Assembly (NCBI GenBank): GCA_965208105.1
Contig: OZ242318.1
Span: forward strand, 1,920,001-1,984,000
Origin: Candidatus Latescibacterota bacterium
GTDB taxonomy: Bacteria; Latescibacterota; UBA2968; UBA8231
Direction: 5' to 3'
DNA: 64,000 nucleotides
The notes beneath the pieces were generated by a model. That model ran no database searches and was not told the DNA's origin. It saw only the letters and a program-made list of their open reading frames with translations. Shown here one piece after another: positions 19,945-28,997 of this stretch. The translations under genes and the position numbers were made by a program. Numbering within the stretch: position 1 is the stretch's first letter; the number at the start of each line of letters is the position of its first letter.

Positions 19945-21066
19945 ATGTACAAAGCGGCATCCATGAAACGTGTGTTGATCTACCTTCTCGGTGCAGTGAT
20001 TGTCGCTGCCGCTATTTTCGTCTACCTGTTTTTTCGCCCCGATATTGCAGCCCGGGTATTTTTTGGAGCGGCTCCCTCACCAGTAGAATTGAATCTCAAG
20101 CACGCTCACGACGTGCCTGTAGCAGACGCGAAGACCGTGGCCATCGTAGCGGCTGCGAATCTCTTCCTGGACTCACTGGACGACGATCAGAGACAAGCGG
20201 CGACATATCGGTTTACCGATAACGCACAGCGTTCAAACTGGTCCAACTTCCCCGAGGGCATGGTTCCGCGTGGTGGCGTAAAGCTCGGTATTCTCTCTGA
20301 ATCACAGCGGGCGAATCTCGACAAGCTCCTCGGGGAACTCCTGAGTGAAGCCGGCGTGAAAAACATCACTTATCAACTGGCCGCAGAGGACATGCTGATC
20401 TCGGGGGACATGTCCGGCGTTATGAAATACGGCAGTAAGTACTATTACGCTGGATTTCTCGGGGAACCGTCAACTACAGAGCCCTGGATGTTTCAGTTCG
20501 GCGGGCACCATCTCGCAATAAACGCCACGGTATTCGGACCGAACGTTTCCTTTTCGCCGATGCTGACAGGCGGCCAACCGCTGCACTTTCGCCTTGACGG
20601 TAATGACATCTTCATTACACAGAGGGAAACTGCGGCGGCGCAAGCGTTCATGGACAGCCTCACGGACGAACAGCGAGAACAAGCCGTTCGTGCCGAGCAG
20701 CCCATCGACCTCTTGCTGGGGCCGGGGAAGTATGGCGCAACCGTTGCGCCGGAAGGCATCAAGGGAAGCGAACTTACAGCTATTCAGAAAACGCTGCTCC
20801 TGGATGTGATCAAGGCCCGCTTGGGTTTCATGAACAATGACGACTATGTCGAAAAAATGAAGACCGTGGTGGCCGAGATCGATGACACATACTTTGGATG
20901 GTGGGGGCGGCAGGGTGTCTTGGGCGCTGCGTATTTCCGCGTGACCAGCCCGTCCCTGGTGCTCGAATACGCCGTTCAAAACGGCGAAGGCAGGGTAGAT
21001 CATGCCCACAGCATGTATCGTGAGCTTGACAACGACTACGGTTCCGCGTGGATCAGGGCCGAATGA
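19945..21066 (+). CDS. DUF3500 family membrane-anchored protein
   Basis: N-terminal TM helix; WSNFP, WMFQFGGHHLAIN and HAHSMYR..NDYG. Confidence 0.82.
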   Translation: MYKAASMKRVLIYLLGAVIVAAAIFVYLFFRPDIAARVFFGAAPSPVELNLKHAHDVPVADAKTVAIVAAANLFLDSLDDDQRQAATYRFTDNAQRSNWSNFPEGMVPRGGVKLGILSESQRANLDKLLGELLSEAGVKNITYQLAAEDMLISGDMSGVMKYGSKYYYAGFLGEPSTTEPWMFQFGGHHLAINATVFGPNVSFSPMLTGGQPLHFRLDGNDIFITQRETAAAQAFMDSLTDEQREQAVRAEQPIDLLLGPGKYGATVAPEGIKGSELTAIQKTLLLDVIKARLGFMNNDDYVEKMKTVVAEIDDTYFGWWGRQGVLGAAYFRVTSPSLVLEYAVQNGEGRVDHAHSMYRELDNDYGSAWIRAE

Positions 21067-21267
21067 ATCATCGATGCGTCGGGTGGTGACCCTCCTCACC
21101 TCCGTGTCGTCCGCCAGGACAGGGACCCACCGTAGCCATTGCTGGTTGGAGTTGCGATGAACCCTGGTTTGATGCCTGCATCAGACGGTCCGAGAAGTGC
21201 CCGAAGAAGATGGCCGGCCCTCGGCCAACCCGCCTTGGCCTGGTGCCCAATAGGTGTCTTTCCAATA

Positions 21268-21291
21268 GGTGTATTACTGTATTAATACACC
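21268..21291. promoter_or_regulatory. Perfect 9-bp inverted repeat, candidate operator
   Basis: GGTGTATTA-CTGTAT-TAATACACC, ending 7 nt before ATG 21299. Confidence 0.5.
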
Positions 21292-21298
21292 GAAGGTC

Positions 21299-21940
21299 AT
21301 GACCAAACCACACCCTAACCTGATCCTCATCGGGGGATCATCTCACGTCGGCAAATCGGCAGTGTCCAAGGCCCTCGCAGCCACCTTGGGCTGGGACCAT
21401 GTCTCCACCGACTCTCTGGCGCGTCACCCCGGCCGGCCGTGGAAGCTGGCGCCGGAGAAGGTGCCGGATCACGTGGCGCGGCACTACCTCAGCCTGTCAG
21501 TCGACGAGCTTGTCGAGGATGTGCTCCATCACTACAGGGTCAATGTCTGGCCGCAGGTTGAGAAGATCATCGCTTCCCGCTCGAACGATACCTCCACAAC
21601 CGGAATTGTCCTGGAAGGATCGGCTCTGTGGCCTGAGTTGGCGACAAGCCTGGATTTTGACAAGGTGGCAGCAGTGTGGCTTACAGCCAAAGAGGAGATC
21701 TTTCGGCAGAGAATCCTCGCAGGAAGCCTGTACAGCTCGAAGTCTCCTCGGGAACGGAATTTGATCGACAAATTTCTCCGACGCACTCTCGCCTACAACG
21801 CACGGATGATAGACGCCGTGAGCCGGCACGGCTTCATCCTCGTTGGTGTCCTGCAATCCGACGTGGCGGGGCTTGCCGACAGGTGCCTGTCGGCACTCGG
21901 AATTGACAACCGTACCGGTACGCGATACATTGACCCATGA
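21299..21940 (+). CDS. P-loop kinase (2-phosphoglycerate-kinase-like/AAA family)
   Basis: [12 protein letters not shown] (Walker A), [13 protein letters not shown] and [10 protein letters not shown]. Confidence 0.75.
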   Translation: MTKPHPNLILIGGSSHVGKSAVSKALAATLGWDHVSTDSLARHPGRPWKLAPEKVPDHVARHYLSLSVDELVEDVLHHYRVNVWPQVEKIIASRSNDTSTTGIVLEGSALWPELATSLDFDKVAAVWLTAKEEIFRQRILAGSLYSSKSPRERNLIDKFLRRTLAYNARMIDAVSRHGFILVGVLQSDVAGLADRCLSALGIDNRTGTRYIDP

Positions 21941-21999
21941 TTCGGGCGTTGCGGCACCGGGTCTTGAACGGTTGTACGAACAAGGTTGAGGCAGAAACC

Positions 22000-22119
22000 A
22001 TGGCCATGAAAAATCCCCCGCATCCTGGGCCTAGCATCAGGGAAAATTGCCTGGTCGCGCTGGGGCTGAGCGTCACCGAAGCCGCCAAGGTGCTGGGTGT
22101 AGTCCGCCGCAGCCTGTCG
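22000..22119 (+). pseudogene. Truncated HigA-type antitoxin remnant
   Basis: [40 protein letters not shown] matches the HigA N-terminus (compare 58661-58957), then similarity stops; no toxin partner. Confidence 0.7.
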
Positions 22120-22291
22120 CCATCAGAAGGCAGGGTGGAGGTCTCTTCTGCCTTGCTCCGCATGGCGTCTCTCTTCGGCTTTGCATTTGGCGTAGCCGCG
22201 CATGGCTTGGCCCCGGAAGGGAGAAGTGTGCCCATGCGTTTCGAGGAGTCGAATCCTTAATTTGCCGTAGCTGAATTTTTTACAATAAGTT

Positions 22292-22376
22292 AGGCCGTGA
22301 GGATGCTTCTCGCGGCCTTTTTGTTTTTCGGCTTTGAAACCGTGGGTATTCCGTCTGAATACTCGCGGTTTTTTTT
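22292..22376 (+). promoter_or_regulatory. Attenuator-like leader: two hairpins with cross-pairing arms and T-tracts
   Basis: AGGCCGTGAG/CTCGCGGCCT followed by T-rich sequence; AAACCGTGGGTATTC/GAATACTCGCGGTTT with a T8 run, 20 nt before the ABC-F start. Confidence 0.6.
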
Positions 22377-22396
22377 GTAATAAGGATGTGGTGACC

Positions 22397-24268
22397 ATGA
22401 CGATTCTGGAAGTGAACAATCTGACGAAGGCCTTTGGGGCCGATACGATCCTGGAGGGCGTTTCCTTCAAAATCAACCAGGGAGAGAGGGTGGGGTTGAT
22501 CGGGGAGAACGGCTCGGGAAAGTCCACCCTTTTGAAGATGATCGCCGGGATCGAGGAGGTTACCGGGGGTACGATCACAAAGCCGAAGGGCCTGAGAGTC
22601 GGTTACCTCGCCCAGCACCTGAACTACCGCGAAGGGAATACGGTTTACGAGGAGGTCCTGGAAGTCTTCGGCGCTGTCAGAAAGCTGAGAGCGGAACTCG
22701 AGGATCTCGAAGCCGAGATGGGCCGTTCCGAAATCGCCTCAGATGAGGACCGTCTTCAGAAGACCATGGCACGCTACGGCCGCCACGTGGAAGCATTCGA
22801 GCGCATGGGAGGATATACCTATGAGCAGCGCATCGAGGCTGCCCTGGAAGGACTGGGGATTTCCGCCATGCGGGACCGGCGGATCGGGTCGCTCAGCGGG
22901 GGAGAGAAGAACGTCGTGGCCCTGGCCCGAATGCTTCTGGAGGAGCCGGATATCCTGCTTCTGGACGAGCCGGGGAATCACCTGGATTTCGAGGGGCTGG
23001 CCTGGCTCGAGGAATTTATCCGGAACTACGGCAAGACCGCGATTCTGGTCTCGCACGACCGCTATTTGCTCGACCGGACCGTGGAGCGCATCGTGGAGCT
23101 GGAGGACCGCAAGGCCGCGGCCTATTCGGGCAACTACTCCACCTACCGGGCCGAGAAGCTGAGGAACCTGATCAAGCAGAAGGCGGCCTACGAGGATCAG
23201 CAGAAGGAGATCCGGCGGATGAAGGAGATGGTCCGGCGGTTCGAGCACTGGGCGCATATTGTGGACAATCCCAGGCACGCCAGACAGGCCCGAAGCAGAC
23301 AGAAGATGCTGGACCGGATGGAAAGGATCGAGCGGCCGGACCTGGACCGGGGGCGCATCGATCCCGGCTTCGGATTCGAGGAGCGCAGCGGCCGGATTAC
23401 ACTGGAGCTCAGGGGATATTCGAAGGCCTTCGGAGACCGGGTGCTGTTTCAGGACGTGGAAATGCTCCTATCCTTCGGCGAACGCGCCGGCCTGCTGGGC
23501 GCCAACGGCAGCGGCAAGACGACCCTGTTCAAGGATATCCTGGAACAGGGCGCCTGGGAAAATCCGGTCTTGCGGATCGGGCCGAGGACGAAGATCGGGT
23601 ATTACGCCCAGGAACACGAGACCCTGAACCCGGAGCGTTCGATCCTGGAGGAGGTGCGCCGTGAGAAGGGCCTGACCAAGGACCAGGCCTTCACGGTGCT
23701 GTCCAAATTTCTCTTTCGCTGGGAGGACATGGACAGGAAGGTGAAGACCCTGAGCGGAGGAGAGAAGAGCCGCGTGCAGCTGGCCAAGCTGATGGTGTCC
23801 GACGCCAATCTCCTGCTCTTGGACGAGCCGACCAATCACCTGGATATCCAGTCGAGGGAGCAGGTGGAGGAGGCGCTGGAGGAATTCGACGGGACTGTCC
23901 TGGTCATCTCTCACGACCGCTACTTTCTCGACCGCATCGTGGACCGCATCGTGGAAGTCAGAAATCCCGGCCTCGTGTGCCATGCGGGAAATTTCTCGGA
24001 CTTCTGGGAGAAGAAGAGTTCTGAACAGAGGCGCGCCGCTCCGGCGAAGAAGAAGCCGACCGCTGCCAGGAAGGAGACTGTGCAGCCGCCTTCGGACGAT
24101 TCGGCGGAAATCGAGGAGAAGATCGAGAAGATGGAGGAGGAGAAGCTCAGGCTGGAACGGGCCCTGGCCGAGGCGTATCGGAATCGAGATTACAAGGAAG
24201 GGGAGAAGCTCAGCCGGCAGCTGCGCATGCTGGAGGACCGGTTGGAGGAACTATTTGATTTGTTGTAA
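22397..24268 (+). CDS. ABC-F family ATPase (ribosome-associated)
   Basis: Two NBDs (GENGSGKS/LSGGE/LLLDEPGNHLD; GANGSGKT/LSGGE/LLLDEPTNHLD), no TM domain, inter-NBD linker and C-terminal coiled coil. Confidence 0.93.
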   Translation: MTILEVNNLTKAFGADTILEGVSFKINQGERVGLIGENGSGKSTLLKMIAGIEEVTGGTITKPKGLRVGYLAQHLNYREGNTVYEEVLEVFGAVRKLRAELEDLEAEMGRSEIASDEDRLQKTMARYGRHVEAFERMGGYTYEQRIEAALEGLGISAMRDRRIGSLSGGEKNVVALARMLLEEPDILLLDEPGNHLDFEGLAWLEEFIRNYGKTAILVSHDRYLLDRTVERIVELEDRKAAAYSGNYSTYRAEKLRNLIKQKAAYEDQQKEIRRMKEMVRRFEHWAHIVDNPRHARQARSRQKMLDRMERIERPDLDRGRIDPGFGFEERSGRITLELRGYSKAFGDRVLFQDVEMLLSFGERAGLLGANGSGKTTLFKDILEQGAWENPVLRIGPRTKIGYYAQEHETLNPERSILEEVRREKGLTKDQAFTVLSKFLFRWEDMDRKVKTLSGGEKSRVQLAKLMVSDANLLLLDEPTNHLDIQSREQVEEALEEFDGTVLVISHDRYFLDRIVDRIVEVRNPGLVCHAGNFSDFWEKKSSEQRRAAPAKKKPTAARKETVQPPSDDSAEIEEKIEKMEEEKLRLERALAEAYRNRDYKEGEKLSRQLRMLEDRLEELFDLL

Positions 24269-24621
24269 ATTCTGCTCCGGACCTACTGCATTTTGAGGAA
24301 AGTTGACCATGTCCGTACCCCAACCGCGGGGGGGCCAGCAAGGCCGGGGGCAGCATGGAGATCGCCGATGCGGTGGAGGCACCGCGACATTCGGGATTCC
24401 ATCGCCACCACCAACGCCACCTACACCCCTGGCACCTCTCCATCACCTTGACCGGGTGCCCGAATCGTGCCTCATTTTATCTTATATCTCATTTTCCAGA
24501 TTTCCAGGAACTGGCGGGAATGGCCTGTGAGCCCATCATGACCGCCATTACCAGGGCAGAAATTGATAGTCGTCGGTAGTCGTCCGATAACTGCTGGACC
24601 TTAAATTCAGACGAGGTAGCC

Positions 24622-24825
24622 ATGAAACTGAAAGTTGTGATTCATCAAGCGGAAGAAGGAGGATATTGGGCGGAAGTACCCTCCATCCCTGGATGTGCAA
24701 CGCAAGGGGAATCCTTCGAAGAGTTGCTGACTAACCTCTACGAGGCCGTTGAAGGATGCCTTTCCGTAGAAGTCCATGACGTCTATGTCTCCGAGAAGGA
24801 CAAAGTGATCGAAATCGCAGTATGA
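24622..24825 (+). CDS. HicB-family antitoxin (short, no DNA-binding domain)
   Basis: [47 protein letters not shown]; GAGG SD. Confidence 0.88.
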   Translation: MKLKVVIHQAEEGGYWAEVPSIPGCATQGESFEELLTNLYEAVEGCLSVEVHDVYVSEKDKVIEIAV

Positions 24826-24848
24826 AAGCTATCAGCGGCAAGGAGTAC
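24822..24848 (+). pseudogene. HicA-like toxin N-terminal remnant
   Basis: ATGA overlap with the hicB stop; MKAISGKEY resembles HicA starts, and the following sequence does not resemble HicA. Confidence 0.5.
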
Positions 24849-24956
24849 CGATTTTTTTGGGCCGGGAGACCTGAATCAATGGCCCAACTAAAATCGAACT
24901 ATACCAAGGGCGGCCAGACGAGGAATGCACCGTAGCCATCGCTGATAGGTGCGGCA

Positions 24957-25532
24957 ATGAATCCAAAGGTCGATGCCTACATCAGGCGGTCCAAAATGTG
25001 GCCGGAGGAGATGGCCGGCCTGCGGCCAACCCTGCTCGGCTGTGGGCTGACCGAGGAGATCAAGTGGGGCAAACCCTGCTATGGCCATGGGGGGAAGAAC
25101 ATCGCAATCCTCCAGGAGATGAAGGAGTTCCTCGCCCTCATGTTCTTCAAGGGCTCCCTGTTGAATGATCCTGAAGAAGTTCTCGAGGAGCAAGGGCCCA
25201 ACTCACGATCAGCACGCCGAATCCGCTTCACCTCGGTCGAGGAGGTCGCCCGGCTGGCCGTCACCGTCAGGGCATACATCGGCGAGGCCATCGCTGTCGA
25301 GGAGGCGGGCCTGAAGGTGGGACCGGCACCCGAGCTCATCCTGGCCGCGGAGCTCCAGAGCCGCCTGGACCAGGACCCCGGGTTTAAAGCAGCCTTCGAG
25401 GCGCTGACTCCTGGCCGCCAACGGGAGTACAACCTGTACTTCTCGGGTGCCAAGCAGGCCGGGACCCGCACGGCGCGAGTCGAACGCTACGTTGAGAAGA
25501 TCCTGGACGGAAGGGGCTTCCGCGACAGGTGA
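24957..25532 (+). CDS. YdeI/OmpD-associated (DUF1801) family protein
   Basis: MNPKVDAYI, EEIKWGKPCY, FFKGSLL and FEALTPGRQREY..AKQ. Confidence 0.88.
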   Translation: MNPKVDAYIRRSKMWPEEMAGLRPTLLGCGLTEEIKWGKPCYGHGGKNIAILQEMKEFLALMFFKGSLLNDPEEVLEEQGPNSRSARRIRFTSVEEVARLAVTVRAYIGEAIAVEEAGLKVGPAPELILAAELQSRLDQDPGFKAAFEALTPGRQREYNLYFSGAKQAGTRTARVERYVEKILDGRGFRDR

Positions 25533-25610
25533 TTCCCGGACCGGCCAATGTCGGGTCGCGTTCGATGTCTCCGGGGCCAGGCTTTCCGGAATTGGTTCGG
25601 TAATCGCCCG

Positions 25611-28181
25611 TCAGAGACCCGAGTCGTCGAGTCCGGCGTTCTCGAGCATGCGGCGCACCTCCTCCACCGACTTTCCCGTCACCGGCAGGTCCCAACCCAG
25701 GTTGTCGCCGTTTGGGGTGAATCCCCCGCCGTCCACGTCGACCCAGATCGGATTGGTATACGCCAGCGGCTTCATCTCCGCCTGCCAGCTGCTTCCGTAC
25801 CCGGTCGAGAGATCGTGATTCTCTCCCGTGGCCACGACGATGAGATGACTGTCCTGGCTCAATGGCACGTCGATTGTCCGATTGAATTTCTCGATCCCGT
25901 CGCCAAACCACTCCGCATGTGATTCTCTGGTGAAGTTGAGATCGGTTCGCTGCCGGCCATTCACGAGAATCTGCACCCGGTCCACATCGATCCAGTCGGT
26001 GCACTGTACCTTGACCTGGAGAGGCACCGACCCTTGAGCCCGGCTGCTGCCACCGGGCAGCGTGCCATCTCCTGTTTCCACGTTCAAGAACGGACCATTG
26101 GTGACGAACACCTGACCCGCCTTGGCGGTGAGCACGATCTCCTCCCAATCGACCTCCGAAGGCCGGTCGGTGCTGCTGATAACGTAAGACCGCCAGCCAC
26201 CGACCCCGTTGCCGTGCACGGTGTGGGCGTCCGAGACCGCGATCAGCGAATAACGATGGCCGCGATTGAGCATCTGGAGCCAGACGAACTCGCGACGGTG
26301 TCCAACCCTTTCCTCGCCTCTACGCTCGTAGATGGTCCACGGGGAGCGGGCCAGGATCTGATCTCCCCACGCTTCGATACCATCGATCAGATGAGCCAAC
26401 CCCTTGTAGCCGCCGTCTTCGCGGGCGTCGCCATCTCGATCGACGAAATCCAGCGACATATTGGGGTGATTCAGGTGGACCCACCGCTCCGGCATGAGGT
26501 CCTTCCACGGCCTTTGATAGTCGCGCAACACGATCGCATTTATCCGGGGATCGAACTGCCACTCGGGAGCCCCTCCGTCCTGGGCGTAGGGATCGGGTTC
26601 GTACGGGAATGCGTTGAGGTGGGCCCCGGAACCGGTGAGCTCGATTCCTGGTATTGTGGCCAGCTCCTCCGACAACCCCAGCTCGTCGATGAACGGCTGC
26701 CAGTCGTAAAACCGGTTGTGCTCGGTGGTCGGAGCGAATTCTATATGCTCGGCCGCCAGATTGATCACCCGGTCGCGGGAGTTGGTCACGTTGTCGCCGC
26801 TGGGCGTGGAGTGGTTGTGGAAGTCGGTGCTGACCCAGCCCCGGCTGTCGACGAGCCGCCGCAGCCTCCCCTTCACCCGCTCGGTTCGGCCAGGCTGCAG
26901 GCGAATCTCGGTGGCCAGGTGGCTGAACTCGATTCCGCGGGTCACCACCACGCGGTACTCTCCGGACGGGACCTGCACGCTGAAGCGGCCGGTCTCCGAG
27001 TGATACTGGTCGAGACAGCCATGGGCGCGCGTTGCGGGTCCCAGATACGGAGACTCGGTGCCGTTGATTCCGATGAACTGCACCTTGCATGGAGTTGTCT
27101 CCCCATCCTCGCCGCGAATATCCAGGGCGACGCGGGAAGCCTTGGCCATTTCGATATGCAGCGACTGCGAGCCGCCGGCAACCACCTGGACCGACTGTTG
27201 GATCTCCGAGCGCCCCAGGTCGGTGACCTCGAGGTCGTATGGACCTGAAGGCAGCGCGAGCTCGAACCTGCCTGCTCCGTCCGGATAGGCGATCAAAGTG
27301 TCCGAGCCAGTGCTGAGCAAAATGCGGGCGGTGGTCACCGGACTCCCCTTCGGACCAGACACTACACCCGACAAACTCCCCGTCTCTCCCTGCTGCATCG
27401 CGACCAATCCGTACGCCTCGGCGGGAGAGGTGCCGACCGCCAGAAAGCGTTGGAACATACGCTCTCCTCCCGGTTCCAGCTCCAGCGTGTCGGCCGGCGG
27501 GCTGCCGATCCAGCCGAAGGAGTACCCCGCCTTGTCGGCCGGATCGATGGCGTCGGCCACCATGTTCGCGCCCACCATTCGCAGATCCGCCAGCCAACTG
27601 ATCTGGTCATGGGTGGCGATCTGATGGGTTGAATCGGCCTCGTTGCGGACGGTCGTCTCTATGAGCAGGCCCTGTGCACCATCCTCGAGCCTGTAGAGGT
27701 GCCGTTTGTAGAGGCCGTTGTTGTTGGCGGCGGAGACGACCGCTTCGATGCTCGCCTCTCCCGACTCACCGCCTTCAATGATTCGAACGTGGGTGACATC
27801 CCCCTTCTGACCAAAAGGTGCAAATAGAGTGAGCTGGTCGTTGCCGGCGCCGCGCAGCGAAAGGTCGTACAGGCATCCGGGTGTGATATCCCCCCAATAG
27901 GTGAGCATGTTGGCTTTGCGTCCGGGCAGATCGCCGGAGATGGTCGCCTCGATCAACTCGTTGCGAATCACAAAATCCCCCAGAATGCCGTCTGCTTCCT
28001 TGCCGGAAGGCAGCTCCAGTTTGTTGGCTTCACCTACTTCGAAGGCTTCCGCAGCCCTGGCCGGCGAAGCGGCCAGAAGCAGCAGGGCGATCGATATGGG
28101 AATCGCGATTGACGCGATTCGCAGCATCGAAAAAACGGGTTCATTGTGGTTGGATGGGAGCTGAAATACCGAGGCATTCAT
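25611..28181 (-). CDS. Secreted CehA/McbA-like PHP metallohydrolase with carboxypeptidase-regulatory-like domains
   Basis: Signal peptide (…SPARA|AE); DFHNHS, TTEHN, LNHP, VSDAH, FVTNGP and AYTNPIW. Start is 28181 or 28127. Confidence 0.75.
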   Translation of the reverse strand: MNASVFQLPSNHNEPVFSMLRIASIAIPISIALLLLAASPARAAEAFEVGEANKLELPSGKEADGILGDFVIRNELIEATISGDLPGRKANMLTYWGDITPGCLYDLSLRGAGNDQLTLFAPFGQKGDVTHVRIIEGGESGEASIEAVVSAANNNGLYKRHLYRLEDGAQGLLIETTVRNEADSTHQIATHDQISWLADLRMVGANMVADAIDPADKAGYSFGWIGSPPADTLELEPGGERMFQRFLAVGTSPAEAYGLVAMQQGETGSLSGVVSGPKGSPVTTARILLSTGSDTLIAYPDGAGRFELALPSGPYDLEVTDLGRSEIQQSVQVVAGGSQSLHIEMAKASRVALDIRGEDGETTPCKVQFIGINGTESPYLGPATRAHGCLDQYHSETGRFSVQVPSGEYRVVVTRGIEFSHLATEIRLQPGRTERVKGRLRRLVDSRGWVSTDFHNHSTPSGDNVTNSRDRVINLAAEHIEFAPTTEHNRFYDWQPFIDELGLSEELATIPGIELTGSGAHLNAFPYEPDPYAQDGGAPEWQFDPRINAIVLRDYQRPWKDLMPERWVHLNHPNMSLDFVDRDGDAREDGGYKGLAHLIDGIEAWGDQILARSPWTIYERRGEERVGHRREFVWLQMLNRGHRYSLIAVSDAHTVHGNGVGGWRSYVISSTDRPSEVDWEEIVLTAKAGQVFVTNGPFLNVETGDGTLPGGSSRAQGSVPLQVKVQCTDWIDVDRVQILVNGRQRTDLNFTRESHAEWFGDGIEKFNRTIDVPLSQDSHLIVVATGENHDLSTGYGSSWQAEMKPLAYTNPIWVDVDGGGFTPNGDNLGWDLPVTGKSVEEVRRMLENAGLDDSGL

Positions 28182-28527
28182 GGCTATTCTCCGGGGTGGG
28201 AATGAACGGTTCCTGAAAAAGGTCGCCAGCGGAAAAAACAATCGCAAGATGAATCTCTGGAGGATGGGGGTAGACTGGGTAAGCCTTCTATTGGGGGCGG
28301 CTGCGAAAGGGATTGCAGGCAGGATAGTTGGCTGGGAAATCCCTTCGGGGATCCATCCCGCCCAGTCTAATTGGAATCTGGTTACCAGGCCACACTGGGA
28401 GCCTTGCCCAAAGACCGCAAACGGTCCTCAGAGCTTGCCCGCCCCTGGCGTGGCTCCATCGCCTTGACCGAGCGCCCAAATGTCACCTCATTTCACCTGT
28501 ATAGCCATCGAAATGGAGCTTGATCCC

Positions 28528-28887
28528 ATGGCAGGCAAAGCGAAGAAGAAGGCCGAAGACGAGGCCGCGGTGCTCGAGAAGATTGCCGCGATGCCGGAGC
28601 CCTTCCGGGAAATAGGTGAGCGCATCCACGCGCTCATCAAGGAGAGCGTGCCGGAGCTCAAGCCCAGGGTATGGTACGGCATGCCGGGATATGCCCTGGA
28701 CGGACCGGTGCTCTGCTTCTTCCGGGCGGATGAACGCTACATGACCTTCGGCCTCACCGAGAAGGTGAACCTCTCCGTCGAGGAGGGCGCCCCGCACCGG
28801 CTCATGGGCTGCGCGTGGTTCTTCACCGAACTGGACGATGCAACCGAGGCCAGGATCGCCGGCATCGCGCGCAAGGCCACCGCCTGA
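28528..28887 (+). CDS. DUF1801 family protein
   Basis: ERIHALIKESVPELKPRVWYGMPGYA..VLCFFR..RYMTFG. Confidence 0.82.
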   Translation: MAGKAKKKAEDEAAVLEKIAAMPEPFREIGERIHALIKESVPELKPRVWYGMPGYALDGPVLCFFRADERYMTFGLTEKVNLSVEEGAPHRLMGCAWFFTELDDATEARIAGIARKATA

Positions 28888-28997
28888 GCGGCTAGGTGGT
28901 ATTTGCGCAAGAAAACTGGGCTAACCGCCCGGTCAACCTGCCTCCGCTACCTGGCAATCACATGCCCGCACCTGGGCCTGAATAAAAGGAGACCACC

